Positions 1 through 9,753 of a stretch of 54,846 bases of DNA are shown piece by piece. Every line of letters begins with the position of its first letter. The stretch's first letter is position 1. The position numbers were made by a program, and so were the translations under genes. The notes beneath the pieces are model-generated. The model was given only the letters and a program-made list of their open reading frames with translations, had not been told where the DNA came from and did not search any database. Where the stretch lies: positions 1 to 54,846 of the forward strand of contig CAYFUG010000006.1 of assembly GCA_964346295.1 (NCBI GenBank). Reading direction: 5' to 3'. Origin of the DNA: an uncultured Bdellovibrionales bacterium. Lineage in GTDB: Bacteria > Patescibacteriota > Minisyncoccia > Moranbacterales > DUUL01.

Positions 1-1
1 T

Positions 2-55
2 TTTAAATGATTTACCGACTAGGACTTGGGTTAGATTTTGGATGATTTACTTCGC
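2..55. repeat. Left copy of a perfect 54-bp terminal inverted repeat of the window (partner 54793..54846)
   Basis: I reverse-complemented 2..55 by hand. It equals 54793..54846 base for base. Identity ends at the next inward base (56 A versus 54792 C). Confidence 0.9.
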
Positions 56-148
56 AAAATAGACAAAATTTTTTAGATTTGTTACATTTAGAGAGTAAGT
101 TTTTAGAAAGAGAAGTTTGATATCTTACTAATCATTAAAAGTAGGGGA

Positions 149-1288
149 ATGAAACTGGAACGCTCCAATCTAGTTAATTTAGTCAGTATATTTGTAATCG
201 CCATCTCGGTTTCGACATGGTTTTTTTTGCTACCTAAACTTTTTTCTCAAACTGAAGGTCATGAACCAGAGGAATTGATAGGAGCAGCCTTGGGGGGTGG
301 AGAATTATCCGATTCTGAAGTGCTGGTGGCAGGAGAGAATAGCTTCATGAAAGAGAAGTTTTCTCAAACTGGAGAGAGCGAAAACAGCAAGGCTGTGTTT
401 CGTAAGAACTCGGAAGTTTCAGTAACAGAAGTTTTCACTGCCCAGCGAGAGCAGGAACCTCGTAGAAAGCGAGAATCGGAGGATGTTTCTGTGCAAGCCC
501 GAGCTTCTATCTTAATTGACGCTGACACTGGTCAGGTTTTGTATGCTCAGCGACCAGACCAAAGATTAGCAATTGCCTCTCTTACCAAGTTGATGACAGC
601 GGTGGTGGTGCTAGAAGAGGTGGAGAATCTCAATGAATTGGTGACGATTGATCAGGAAGTTTTGGGAATAGAAGGAACTAAGGTGGGTTGTCCTACTTCT
701 TCCTTTTGCAATGCTAATCGCTTGGAATTAGGAGAGAAAGTGCGAGTGCGCAATTTGTTAGAAGTGACGTTGATGAACAGCGCAAATGATGCGGCAGTAG
801 CCTTGGGAAAGCATGTGGGTGGATCTCAGGCGGATTTTGCGGATTTGATGAACGAGAAGGCTCGAGAATTGGGCCTCAAAAATACCAACTTTTGTAATCC
901 TTCCGGCTTGGATGACGATGATAACCCCGGGAGCTGCTACTCGACTGCCCGAGAGTATTCCAAGATCGTGGCTTATTCTATGCAGGCGCACCCTTTAATT
1001 TGGGATATTTTCCAAACCAATGAAAAGTTGTTTACTTCGGCCGATGGCAAGATTTTGCACAAAGCTTCCACCACTCATGCTCTACTGGGGATGATGAATA
1101 ATTGTATGGGTGGCAAGACTGGCTTTACTTACGAAGCGGGGAGAACTTTAATGAGTACGGTTTACCATCCTCAAGATCGGAGTATTCGCTTGGTGGGAGT
1201 GATCTTGGGGAATGAGCATGATTATCCTTGGGATGATATGCGGGGGATGTTGGAGTGGGGATTCACCGCCTACGACTGGGGCTTGTAG
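149..1288 (+). CDS. D-alanyl-D-alanine carboxypeptidase, low-MW penicillin-binding protein (peptidase S11 type)
   Basis: 379-aa ORF with an N-terminal hydrophobic anchor (LVNLVSIFVIAISVSTWFFLL). The three PBP motifs occur in the canonical order: SxxK (ASLTKLM), SxN (NSAND) and KTG (GKTGFT). Confidence 0.85.
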   Translation: MKLERSNLVNLVSIFVIAISVSTWFFLLPKLFSQTEGHEPEELIGAALGGGELSDSEVLVAGENSFMKEKFSQTGESENSKAVFRKNSEVSVTEVFTAQREQEPRRKRESEDVSVQARASILIDADTGQVLYAQRPDQRLAIASLTKLMTAVVVLEEVENLNELVTIDQEVLGIEGTKVGCPTSSFCNANRLELGEKVRVRNLLEVTLMNSANDAAVALGKHVGGSQADFADLMNEKARELGLKNTNFCNPSGLDDDDNPGSCYSTAREYSKIVAYSMQAHPLIWDIFQTNEKLFTSADGKILHKASTTHALLGMMNNCMGGKTGFTYEAGRTLMSTVYHPQDRSIRLVGVILGNEHDYPWDDMRGMLEWGFTAYDWGL

Positions 1289-1291
1289 GGA

Positions 1292-1341
1292 GAACTTCCA
1301 AAATTGGCGAATTTCGTTGTTGCACTCAAAAATGAAAGCCC
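1292..1341 (+). repeat. Short copy of intergenic repeat family A (left end GAACTTCCAAAATTGGCGAATTTCGTTGTTGC joined directly to right end CACTCAAAAATGAAAGCCC)
   Basis: Both halves align by eye with the two ends of the longer element at 36941..37062. It lies immediately after the stop codon of the preceding gene. Confidence 0.6.
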
Positions 1342-1431
1342 TGGGATTTGGTGTAAGTTTGGTCAAAGCTTCTGAAAAGTATTGGGTTTATTAGGATTCG
1401 ATTGAGGTTTAAATTGGTCTTAATTTAGAGG

Positions 1432-1452
1432 CACGCTGTGGGCGTGTTTTTT
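1432..1452 (+). terminator. Rho-independent terminator candidate
   Basis: CACGC-tgtgg-GCGTG hairpin followed by TTTTTT, downstream of the carboxypeptidase gene. Confidence 0.5.
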
Positions 1453-1477
1453 GGTGGGTGAAGTTAGGTTTGTGGAT

Positions 1478-1506
1478 TTGGCGAAAGGGAAGGGGCTTGG
1501 TATAAT
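1478..1506 (+). promoter_or_regulatory. Sigma70-like promoter: TTGGCG, 17-nt spacer, TGG-TATAAT (extended -10)
   Basis: GATTTGGCGAAAGGGAAGGGGCTTGGTATAAT lies 38 nt upstream of the ATG at 1544. The same motif architecture recurs at 2579, 27475 and 49425. Confidence 0.55.
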
Positions 1507-1543
1507 AGGAGTGTTAATTGGATAATTTGGTGATTAAAATAAA

Positions 1544-2530
1544 ATGGAAGAAATTAAAAATTTGGACGAAAAAAGGGGTTCGGGGAGGCTTGAGGGAGGC
1601 GATGAGCAGATTGAAGTACGAGATAAATTTCAAGAACTAGGAGAATTGGAAAAGGAGAAGTTGTTATTGGAATTAGAGCTTAGTATTTTAAAAAAGACTA
1701 AGGAGACTAAAGAACAAGGCATTGAAAAGCCAACAGTGGTGTTTTGCCACGGGATGTTCGCTAACGAGGCTTGTTGGACTAAGATGGCAGATTCTTTAAG
1801 GAAAGTGGGTTATGATTGTGTGGTGCCTAATTTACCTTTTCATGCTCCCCATGAGAAGTCCGAGGGTCAATTAGAAGCCCTGGGTAAGACAAGCTTAGAA
1901 GACTACTACCAATTTCTTTTGGGAGTGGTAGAAAAAATAGAAGGGCCAGTATTGTTAGTCGGTCATAGTATGGGAGGGTTTTTGACGGCCAAAGTTTCCA
2001 CCAATGAAAAGTTGCGAGATAAGGTTTTAGGCGCAGTTTTGTTGACACCGGCTGCCCCCAAGGGAATTCTTAGTCTTTACACCAGCGTAATCAGGGGAAA
2101 TTTAAGCGGGTTTGTTAAGAGCGCTTGGTTAGGTAAAAAGTTTATGTTGACCTTTGGAGAGTTTCGTTATTTATTGAATGGAGTTTCTCCTAAAAGAATC
2201 CAAGAAATGCTAAGAAAAAATCATTTGACGCCGGAATCAGGTACGGCAGCTCGTTCTTTTGCTTTTTGGCTCAAGGATGCTGAAATAGAGGACAAGCTGA
2301 TTTGCCCTACTTTGGTGGTTGGGGCGGAAGAGGATAGATGGGTTCCTCCAAAAGTTACCAGGCAAGTGGCTGAAAAGTTGGGAGCGGAATATGTCGAAGT
2401 TAAAGGATTGGGGCACTGGGTGGTAGAAGATTCTGGGGTGTTAGAAAAGGTCTTAGACTGGTTAGATAAGAGTTATAAAAAATCCCAGGCCAATGAGAAA
2501 GAAAAAGGAGCGGGTAAATTGGACAATTGA
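1544..2530 (+). CDS. Alpha/beta-fold hydrolase with an N-terminal charged coiled-coil-like extension
   Basis: Nucleophile elbow GHSMGG, HG oxyanion motif (VVFCHGMF) and a C-terminal His context (GLGHWV). Confidence 0.75.
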   Translation: MEEIKNLDEKRGSGRLEGGDEQIEVRDKFQELGELEKEKLLLELELSILKKTKETKEQGIEKPTVVFCHGMFANEACWTKMADSLRKVGYDCVVPNLPFHAPHEKSEGQLEALGKTSLEDYYQFLLGVVEKIEGPVLLVGHSMGGFLTAKVSTNEKLRDKVLGAVLLTPAAPKGILSLYTSVIRGNLSGFVKSAWLGKKFMLTFGEFRYLLNGVSPKRIQEMLRKNHLTPESGTAARSFAFWLKDAEIEDKLICPTLVVGAEEDRWVPPKVTRQVAEKLGAEYVEVKGLGHWVVEDSGVLEKVLDWLDKSYKKSQANEKEKGAGKLDN

Positions 2531-2578
2531 GAATTGTTTTAAACCGGTTTCTTGGTAGGCAAAATTGGGGTTTTTGAT

Positions 2579-2607
2579 TTGGTGAAGGGGAGGGGTTTTG
2601 GTATAGT
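2579..2607 (+). promoter_or_regulatory. Sigma70-like promoter: TTGGTG, 17-nt spacer, TGG-TATAGT
   Basis: GATTTGGTGAAGGGGAGGGGTTTTGGTATAGT lies 41 nt upstream of the ATG at 2649 and is homologous to the motif at 1478..1506. Confidence 0.55.
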
Positions 2608-2648
2608 GGAAATTAATAAGGAGAATATAAAAAATTTTAGAAATATGT

Positions 2649-5600
2649 ATGGAAGCGAAACATTTTAATCCCAGTTCCAGCGAGGAAGGCGAGAGAGGGA
2701 AGGCTCCGGGGGAAGGATTTATTAAGGCTGATTCTATGGAATCTCCTAGTGATTTGAGAAAAAAAATCGAGGAGGGACTTGAAAAAATACAGACCATTTC
2801 TGGGATCGATAGTGCTGAGGAGTTTATCGGTTTCAAGGAAGAATTAGGAGGGCTAATTGATTTAATGGAAGCCAAGGAGGAAGTGAAGCTTTTGGCGGGG
2901 CCTTTTTTCAGTTTAATAAAAGAAGAACTGAGAGAGCTTAGTTTTAATGATTTTAGGGATAGAGAAGTAGGAGTCGTTGCCACCATTAATGATTTAGTTG
3001 AAGAGCTAAAACAAGTAATCGAAGCAGAGTTTAATTTTCCTTTAAGCGAGGAGAATAGAGCCTGGATAAAAGATATTTCGAGTAGCCTTCTGAAGGATTC
3101 TCAAGTGGAGGATTTTAGCCATATTAAGGATGTTGTGGAGGTGCTGAATGTATTTTTTAAAAAGAAAGAATCCGGTGAATCCCCGGATAAATTTTTAGAT
3201 ATAATAGAAAATAAAAATTTGGGCAAAGCTCTTGACCAAAAAAGCCTTTTCGAAAGAGTTGTTTTTTGGAAAGAGCTCAATAAAAACGGTCAAAGGAATA
3301 TTGAGCTGCTAAATGAATTAGGTGTGGAATATCAACAGGCTAATCTTGTGAATCAGTTAGAGAGGGATTTTTTGGAAAATTTAAAGAGGTTAAAAGAAGG
3401 AGGTATACTTATAAATAGTTACGATTTAGACGCTTATCGTATTCTTAAATTTCAAGAAAGAATTCTTGAAAAAGATATCGATCTTTACTTAAAATTATGC
3501 TCTGGCTTAAGACAAGAAAAAAAGGTGGACTTAGATGATTTAGAAGGCTTCTCAAGTAAATTCAAAGGAGTCAATGTTGTCACTGAGGATGTGGAGAACC
3601 TGAGAGCAGCTTATGGGAGATTTGGCGAAAGTTTTGAGATTAGCCAGGAAGGTTTAGAAAGAGTAATTTTTGAGTTAAAGGCTATTTCTGAGTTGGGGGT
3701 AGATATCGAAAATCTTAACCCAGAGGAAGCAGAGAGTTCTAACTTGAAGAGTGCCATAGAGGAGGCAGTCTGGGAGAGGATAAAGGGCGGGTATGAAGTT
3801 TATTTTGAGAGTGTTGCTGTGACGAATAAAACAGAGGTCTTTTTAAGAGCCAACAAGAAATTCCTTATTGCTCTAGCGGCTTATCCTGATCATATTCAGA
3901 ATGGTGTTTTGGAATTGATTAGTGTTGTCGCTAAGGAGAAAAAATTTTTTACAAAGGAAGAGGTGAGGGGGTTTGTGGATCTTGCTGAAGGAGGTGGTAC
4001 TAGTGTAATAAGAGAACTTATTAGCTATTTTGATTATAGCTTCAATATCTCAGATAGGATTGGAATTTTAGAGCTAGGGAAGTTAGCTTTCGATGAAAGA
4101 GTGGAGTTTTATGTCAAAATGAAAAGCTTGGAGATAGATGGCTATAGGCTTGATGCTAAGAGCATCGGAAAGATTTTAGAATCAGGCTTATTGAGAGAGG
4201 AGAGGAAAGAATTCTTTAGTTTGGTTAGCAGATTCACACAGCTTGGCTATAGGTTTTCTGCTGATGATTTAGATGAAATTAAACCTATTGTCCGGAAGAA
4301 AGAACTTTTATCTGCCACAAATAAGGCGATTTTCTTCCTGGAAGAGATTAAGTCTTTTAGCGCTGGGGAATTTCAATTTGAAATTCCTGCAATTTCTATT
4401 TTAGAGATAGATTTTTTGCTTGAAGCAGAAGCAATTTTTTCTCCAGAGGATGATCTAGAGAAATTTAAAAATTTTAGTCTGTTTTGTAAAAGTTTTTCGC
4501 CAGTTCAAGCGGGGGATTTGTTTGTCTTAGGTCTTTTTTTTAGCGTTCAGGACAAAGTTGGTTTGGAGACTTTTGTTCATAGCAGGGAAATTTTTCTTGA
4601 TACCAGGATGAGAAGTTTTCTTTTGGGAAATAAGGATAAAGCAGCGATTGTTTTTGGTCTATCTAAGGCCGGATTGTTTCAAGATAAGGAATTGAGTAGC
4701 TCTTCTAAGGATTTCTTTTTTGATAATTTAGAAACTATCTTAGATAGAGAGTCTTCTGAGAGGGAAGCTTTTTTAGAAAATTGGGGCAAGATTGAAGAAG
4801 CAAAATTGCCCAAAGAATTAAACGGTAGAGTCCTAGGGGAGATTTTAATTGGAGAAATTGAAGACGTAGAAGGATATTTAGACGAGGTTGGGATTAGAAG
4901 AGAGTCGATTCAGGGCCCGCTCAAAGTCATTGAGATATTTTCTAGGGCTCTGGATAGCGTTGATTTTGAAGAAATAATCAATCTTGAAGATGAAGATTCT
5001 GGGCTTGGAAGGGAAGAAAAAAATGATATATTAAGGGGACTGAGTGATTTTATGGACAGAATTCCCTACAGAGAGAAGGGGAGAACGATCTTGGTATTGT
5101 CTTTAATGAAGGAGGCGAGGGAAAGCTTTTTTGCAGGCCAGGAAGCAAGCATCTGGCCTTCGTTGGAGAGGACGTTAGAGTTGGTTTCGAATTATGGGGC
5201 TATTATAGAAAAAGGAAATTCAGATCGGATTCCTTCGGGGATAAGAGCATCTATGGGTTTAGAATACGAAGTTACTAGAAGTGTTGGCGAAGATTTTGCT
5301 TTTGAAAATTGCCTAGATTATGTTGATAGTATCAGAAAGTTGACCGAGTGTGCAAAAATTGGACAGGGGGCGGATGGAATTTTTGAGATCAACACCCAAC
5401 CTACAGATAATCCTTACTTAACAATTTTAGAAATGAGCTTACTTCAGGATTTGGGCTTTATTGACTTTAACTTTAATAGATATCCCGAGGCTTCCAGGGG
5501 TTATCATCTAACCTTGGGGGGAGAATTGGGGCTACAACCTGATATGCACACTCATTTTTTAGAAAGCGTTCTTTCTTGTTCTAATTTTATTGGAGTTAAC

Positions 5601-6593
5601 GCTGGTAGTCACATTAGAAGCGTTAAGGAGATTTACGAAAAAGGAGGTGATAGCAATCACAAATCTTTATTTTCAAATGGATTCACCCCAATGACAGAGT
5701 TTAAGGGTTGCTCTTGTGATAAATGGGAAATGTTTGAGAGAGCGATTTTGACTTCTCATAATTCTGCGATAGCGATTCAAGCGGCAGGTGCTTTTACTGA
5801 GATAGCTTCTTTTGATGATATTAGTAAGATGAAACATGATTTTCCTGATTCTGCGGGCGACTTTATGGATTATTTAGAAGAAAAGGATTTATTGAGTCAA
5901 GAGATTAAAGAAGAAAAAATAGGGGAAATTATCTTTTCCTGGATTAAATTGCAAGTGGAGATGCTAAAATTAATCGAGGATCACAATGAAAATTTTTTGG
6001 AAAATGAAGTGCATGGCTACCTTGATGAGGATGGCGATTGGGTCGACGCAATGGATTTTTCAGATAGAAACAACGCGGAAGAGTTTAAGAATTACTTAGG
6101 CAGGATTAATGAAGTTAGAAGGGAGGAGGGGAGGGAGCCTTATAGCAGCTTAGATGATTATTTTGAGAAAAATCAGAGAATTGAAGAAGGTTCTTTTTTC
6201 AACGGGATGACTTCTGAATTAGTGAATGCCTTTATTTCAATCAATAATTTTTCCTTGAAATCAGGTGGTGTTTCTAGCGATAAAAAAGGACAAGGCTCTA
6301 GAGAAAGTGAGGTTGAGGTGGATCGGGCTAATGTAGGGAGCATCTTCAATACAAGGATTGGTCATCAAAAGGAATACCTAGAAGGATTTGATGATAAGCC
6401 GGAAGAGACCTCAATTTTTGAGAGAGGAGGAAAGAGCCGAAAGGGGTATTATTACTTTCAAGGCTTTAGTGAGAGAATGATTTCGCATCAATCCCAAATT
6501 CTGTTGCTAAAGTTTAATGAAGAAATGGAAGATATTTTAAGTCGAGGAGTGTCCGAAGGAGGGAGCCTGGAGAAAGCCAGATTAGCTGCTTAA
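2649..6593 (+). CDS. Giant acidic hypothetical protein (1314 aa) with a possible C-terminal glutamine-synthetase-fold amidoligase-like module (about aa 865-1060, nt 5240-5830)
   Basis: The frame is open for 3.9 kb with no signal peptide or TM segment. The ordered motifs GLEYEV (ExE), FEINTQP, GYHLTLGG and TEFKG resemble the ExE / E / HxH / ExR succession of GS-fold COOH-NH2 ligases, with two substitutions. The rest of the protein is unrecognisable by eye. Confidence 0.8.
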   Translation: MEAKHFNPSSSEEGERGKAPGEGFIKADSMESPSDLRKKIEEGLEKIQTISGIDSAEEFIGFKEELGGLIDLMEAKEEVKLLAGPFFSLIKEELRELSFNDFRDREVGVVATINDLVEELKQVIEAEFNFPLSEENRAWIKDISSSLLKDSQVEDFSHIKDVVEVLNVFFKKKESGESPDKFLDIIENKNLGKALDQKSLFERVVFWKELNKNGQRNIELLNELGVEYQQANLVNQLERDFLENLKRLKEGGILINSYDLDAYRILKFQERILEKDIDLYLKLCSGLRQEKKVDLDDLEGFSSKFKGVNVVTEDVENLRAAYGRFGESFEISQEGLERVIFELKAISELGVDIENLNPEEAESSNLKSAIEEAVWERIKGGYEVYFESVAVTNKTEVFLRANKKFLIALAAYPDHIQNGVLELISVVAKEKKFFTKEEVRGFVDLAEGGGTSVIRELISYFDYSFNISDRIGILELGKLAFDERVEFYVKMKSLEIDGYRLDAKSIGKILESGLLREERKEFFSLVSRFTQLGYRFSADDLDEIKPIVRKKELLSATNKAIFFLEEIKSFSAGEFQFEIPAISILEIDFLLEAEAIFSPEDDLEKFKNFSLFCKSFSPVQAGDLFVLGLFFSVQDKVGLETFVHSREIFLDTRMRSFLLGNKDKAAIVFGLSKAGLFQDKELSSSSKDFFFDNLETILDRESSEREAFLENWGKIEEAKLPKELNGRVLGEILIGEIEDVEGYLDEVGIRRESIQGPLKVIEIFSRALDSVDFEEIINLEDEDSGLGREEKNDILRGLSDFMDRIPYREKGRTILVLSLMKEARESFFAGQEASIWPSLERTLELVSNYGAIIEKGNSDRIPSGIRASMGLEYEVTRSVGEDFAFENCLDYVDSIRKLTECAKIGQGADGIFEINTQPTDNPYLTILEMSLLQDLGFIDFNFNRYPEASRGYHLTLGGELGLQPDMHTHFLESVLSCSNFIGVNAGSHIRSVKEIYEKGGDSNHKSLFSNGFTPMTEFKGCSCDKWEMFERAILTSHNSAIAIQAAGAFTEIASFDDISKMKHDFPDSAGDFMDYLEEKDLLSQEIKEEKIGEIIFSWIKLQVEMLKLIEDHNENFLENEVHGYLDEDGDWVDAMDFSDRNNAEEFKNYLGRINEVRREEGREPYSSLDDYFEKNQRIEEGSFFNGMTSELVNAFISINNFSLKSGGVSSDKKGQGSRESEVEVDRANVGSIFNTRIGHQKEYLEGFDDKPEETSIFERGGKSRKGYYYFQGFSERMISHQSQILLLKFNEEMEDILSRGVSEGGSLEKARLAA

Positions 6594-6603
6594 TAAATCG
6601 AAT

Positions 6604-7053
6604 ATGGTAAAAATTGATCACTTTCCAGTTCAGCCTGCAAGAAAAGCTCCTTGGGAGATGATTCCCAGAGTTAATGAGAGGGTTTTTGATATATTAGAAT
6701 CCTTAATCTTGCATAAGGACAAAAAACGAGAGGATTTAACAGAGGAGCAAAGGGTTGAACTAGAAGCTCTAAAGGATGTTTTTGGAGAATTGTCTACTGT
6801 TAATCATGGTTTGGTTACTGAGATTAGCCTTGCTTGTGGCGTTGGAAAGATTTCTTATCTAGAGAAAGTTTTATTAACAGTTTTACTTTTGAGTGTCCAG
6901 AGGAATGGGCGAGGCATGAGGCTTGTTTTAAGTTTTTTTTCGGGAGATAGTGGCCTGGTTAATGAGGCTAGGAATGAGATAGTTGGAGCAGATTTCTTGA
7001 GCCAGCAAAACCAGAATTTTCTGTTGGCCATGGCTGATAAGATAGTTGATTAG
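6604..7053 (+). CDS. Hypothetical protein (149 aa), probably co-transcribed with the giant gene
   Basis: Starts 10 nt after the giant ORF stop, on the same strand. I recognised no motif. Confidence 0.6.
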   Translation: MVKIDHFPVQPARKAPWEMIPRVNERVFDILESLILHKDKKREDLTEEQRVELEALKDVFGELSTVNHGLVTEISLACGVGKISYLEKVLLTVLLLSVQRNGRGMRLVLSFFSGDSGLVNEARNEIVGADFLSQQNQNFLLAMADKIVD

Positions 7054-7088
7054 TTTAATTAAAATACAAAAGGTAATCACAACTTTCT

Positions 7089-9743
7089 ATGCAAAATTTT
7101 ACTCAAAAATCCATTGAAGCGTTGCAGGGGGCCCAGGAGTTGGCCCAGGCGCGGGGTCAGCAGCAGCTGAGTGAGTGGCATCTATTGCGAATATTATTAG
7201 ATCAGCCGGGATCCACCGTGCCGGCAATCTTAGCGGCTCGTCAGGGGGATGGAGTGGGTTTAATCAATCAGGCTGAGGCGGAGATCGCCAAAATCCCTCG
7301 AGTGGAGATGGGGACTGGTAAGGATTCCCAGGCAGAGGGAGGCGGTTCAAGTTCAGACGAAGAACGGATTTATCCTACTCGAGAATTGGCAAATGGCTTG
7401 CAGGCAGCGGAAAAGCAGATGAAGGCCTTGGGTGATGAATATCTTTCTACCGAGCATTTGCTGTTGGGACTAATGGAGGCCAGCGGTACTATTCGAGAAA
7501 TTTTAGAGAAATCTAACCTTAATCAAGCATTAATTTTAGAAACCATGAAAGACATTCGAGGCGATCAAAAAGTAGACAATCCAGATCCAGAAGGCAAATT
7601 CCAGGTCTTGGAAAAATATACCGTTAATCTGACTCAAGAGGCTCAGGAGGGCAAAATTGACCCGATTGTAGGCCGAGACGAAGAAATTCGACGGACGATG
7701 CAAGTGCTTTCGCGGCGCACTAAAAATAACCCAGTGCTCTTGGGTGAACCCGGCACTGGCAAAACCGCTATCGTGGAAGGCTTGGCGCAAAGAATTGTCA
7801 ACGGAGATGTGCCGGAAAATCTCAAAGACAAGCAACTTTTGATGCTGGATTTAGCCTCTTTGTTGGCCGGAGCCAAATTCCGAGGAGAATTTGAGGAGCG
7901 CCTCAAGGCGGTGATCAACGAGATTGAAAAGTCTCAGGGGCGCTGTATCACTTTTATTGATGAACTGCATACTTTGGTAGGAGCGGGAGCTCAAGAGGGA
8001 GCAATGGATGCTTCTAACATGCTCAAGCCGGCTTTGGCGAGAGGAAAGTTGCGCACCATTGGCGCCACTACTCTCAAGGAGTATCAAAAGTATATTGAGA
8101 AAGACGCGGCTTTAGAGCGGCGCTTTCAGCCGGTAACCGTGGGCGAGCCCAGTGAAGAAGATACTCTGGCAATTTTGCGGGGTATCAAAGAGAAGTACGA
8201 ATTGCACCACGGTGTGAAAATCCGGGATGAAGCCTTGGTGGCGGCCGTGAAGCTTTCTAACCGCTATATCACTGATCGCTTTTTGCCCGACAAAGCAATC
8301 GATTTAGTTGATGAGGCCACTAGCGCTCTACGGATGGAAATCGAGTCCATGCCCACTGAGATCGACAAGTTAGAGCGTCGCAAGCGGCAGCTAGAAATCG
8401 AAGAGCAGGCGATTAAAAAAGAAAAGTCACTTCTGGGAGGCAACGGCGAAAAGAAGGAAAAACTGGCAGAATTAAAGAAGCAAATTGCGGACTTAGAAGA
8501 GCAATTAAAAACCCTCAAAGTGCAATGGCAGGCCGAGAAGGACCTGATTTTAAGCATTCGAAAGAGTAAAGAGGAGATTGATAAACTTAAAGTTGAAGCG
8601 GAGCGGCTGGAGCGAGAAGGAGACTTGAGCAAGGTGGCAGAAATTCGCTACGGACAAGTGCCCAATCTAGAAAAGCAGATCAAAGAAGATGAACAAAAAT
8701 TGGCCAAATTGCAAGAAAAAGGTGCCATTCTCAAAGAAGAGGTAACTGAGGAAGATATAGCTCAAGTGGTGGCCCGTTGGACAGGAATCCCGGTTTCTAA
8801 AATGCTGCAAGAAGAGGTAGCTAAACTGGCCCAGGCAGAAGAGGAACTGCAAAGACGAGTAATTGGCCAAACTCCAGCAGTGGAGGCGGTTGCCAATGCC
8901 ATCCGGCGTTCTCGAGCGGGTTTGAGTGAGGAGAATCGACCGATTGGATCTTTTATGTTTTTAGGGCCGACTGGAGTGGGCAAGACTGAGCTGGCCAAAG
9001 CCTTGGCGGATTTTCTTTTTGACGATGAAAACGCTCTTACTCGAATTGACATGAGTGAGTACATGGAAAGTCACAGTGTGGCCAAGTTGATTGGTTCGCC
9101 TCCCGGTTATGTTGGTTACGAAGAAGGAGGGCAATTGACGGAGCGAGTGCGGCGGCGGCCCTATAGCGTGCTGCTGTTCGACGAGATTGAAAAGGCCCAC
9201 CCGGAGGTGTTCAATGCCCTGCTGCAAATGCTGGATGATGGCCGTTTGACCGATGCCAAGGGGCGAGTGGTAAACTTCAAAAACACCATTGTGATTATGA
9301 CTTCTAATATTGGGAGTGGATTTTTGGTGGCCAATTCTGAAGAAGGTCAGAGTCAGAAGGAAGATTGGGCAAATAAGGAGGCAAAGGTGATGGAGGAGCT
9401 ACGCAATCATTTTAAGCCAGAGTTTCTCAATCGCTTAGATGAGATTATTATTTTTCACGCCCTCACCAAAGAGCAATTAGAGAAGATCATTGGCTTGCAA
9501 ATCGAAAGAGTGAATACTAGGCTGAAAGACAAGGCTATTAGTCTCCAGTTAACTGAGCAGGCTAAAGAATTCTTACTGGAAAAAGGCTATGATCCAATTT
9601 ATGGCGCCCGACCGCTGAAACGAGTGATTCAGCACGAAATTTTAGACCCTTTGGCGTTGGAGTTGATTGGTGGGAAGGTTGAGAAAGGGGAGGTTGAGGT
9701 TGGGTTGGAGAAGAGGGAGATAAGATTTAAATTTAAAGATTAA
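7089..9743 (+). CDS. clpB: ATP-dependent chaperone/disaggregase ClpB
   Basis: 884 aa with two AAA+ modules (Walker A GEPGTGKT and GPTGVGKT). It has a Clp N-domain and a long coiled-coil M-domain ([22 protein letters not shown]...). The sensor region GARPLKR is present. Confidence 0.97.
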   Translation: MQNFTQKSIEALQGAQELAQARGQQQLSEWHLLRILLDQPGSTVPAILAARQGDGVGLINQAEAEIAKIPRVEMGTGKDSQAEGGGSSSDEERIYPTRELANGLQAAEKQMKALGDEYLSTEHLLLGLMEASGTIREILEKSNLNQALILETMKDIRGDQKVDNPDPEGKFQVLEKYTVNLTQEAQEGKIDPIVGRDEEIRRTMQVLSRRTKNNPVLLGEPGTGKTAIVEGLAQRIVNGDVPENLKDKQLLMLDLASLLAGAKFRGEFEERLKAVINEIEKSQGRCITFIDELHTLVGAGAQEGAMDASNMLKPALARGKLRTIGATTLKEYQKYIEKDAALERRFQPVTVGEPSEEDTLAILRGIKEKYELHHGVKIRDEALVAAVKLSNRYITDRFLPDKAIDLVDEATSALRMEIESMPTEIDKLERRKRQLEIEEQAIKKEKSLLGGNGEKKEKLAELKKQIADLEEQLKTLKVQWQAEKDLILSIRKSKEEIDKLKVEAERLEREGDLSKVAEIRYGQVPNLEKQIKEDEQKLAKLQEKGAILKEEVTEEDIAQVVARWTGIPVSKMLQEEVAKLAQAEEELQRRVIGQTPAVEAVANAIRRSRAGLSEENRPIGSFMFLGPTGVGKTELAKALADFLFDDENALTRIDMSEYMESHSVAKLIGSPPGYVGYEEGGQLTERVRRRPYSVLLFDEIEKAHPEVFNALLQMLDDGRLTDAKGRVVNFKNTIVIMTSNIGSGFLVANSEEGQSQKEDWANKEAKVMEELRNHFKPEFLNRLDEIIIFHALTKEQLEKIIGLQIERVNTRLKDKAISLQLTEQAKEFLLEKGYDPIYGARPLKRVIQHEILDPLALELIGGKVEKGEVEVGLEKREIRFKFKD

Positions 9744-9753
9744 ATTAATTAAA

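Noticed and set aside
7536-9227. Several 67-122-aa minus-strand ORFs inside clpB, and similar ORFs inside rpoB, rpoC, the ATPase gene, aspS, pyrG and fpg
   Set aside because: They lie antisense to, or out of frame with, genes that have unambiguous conserved motifs. Their products are low-complexity (S/R/L-rich) shadow translations.
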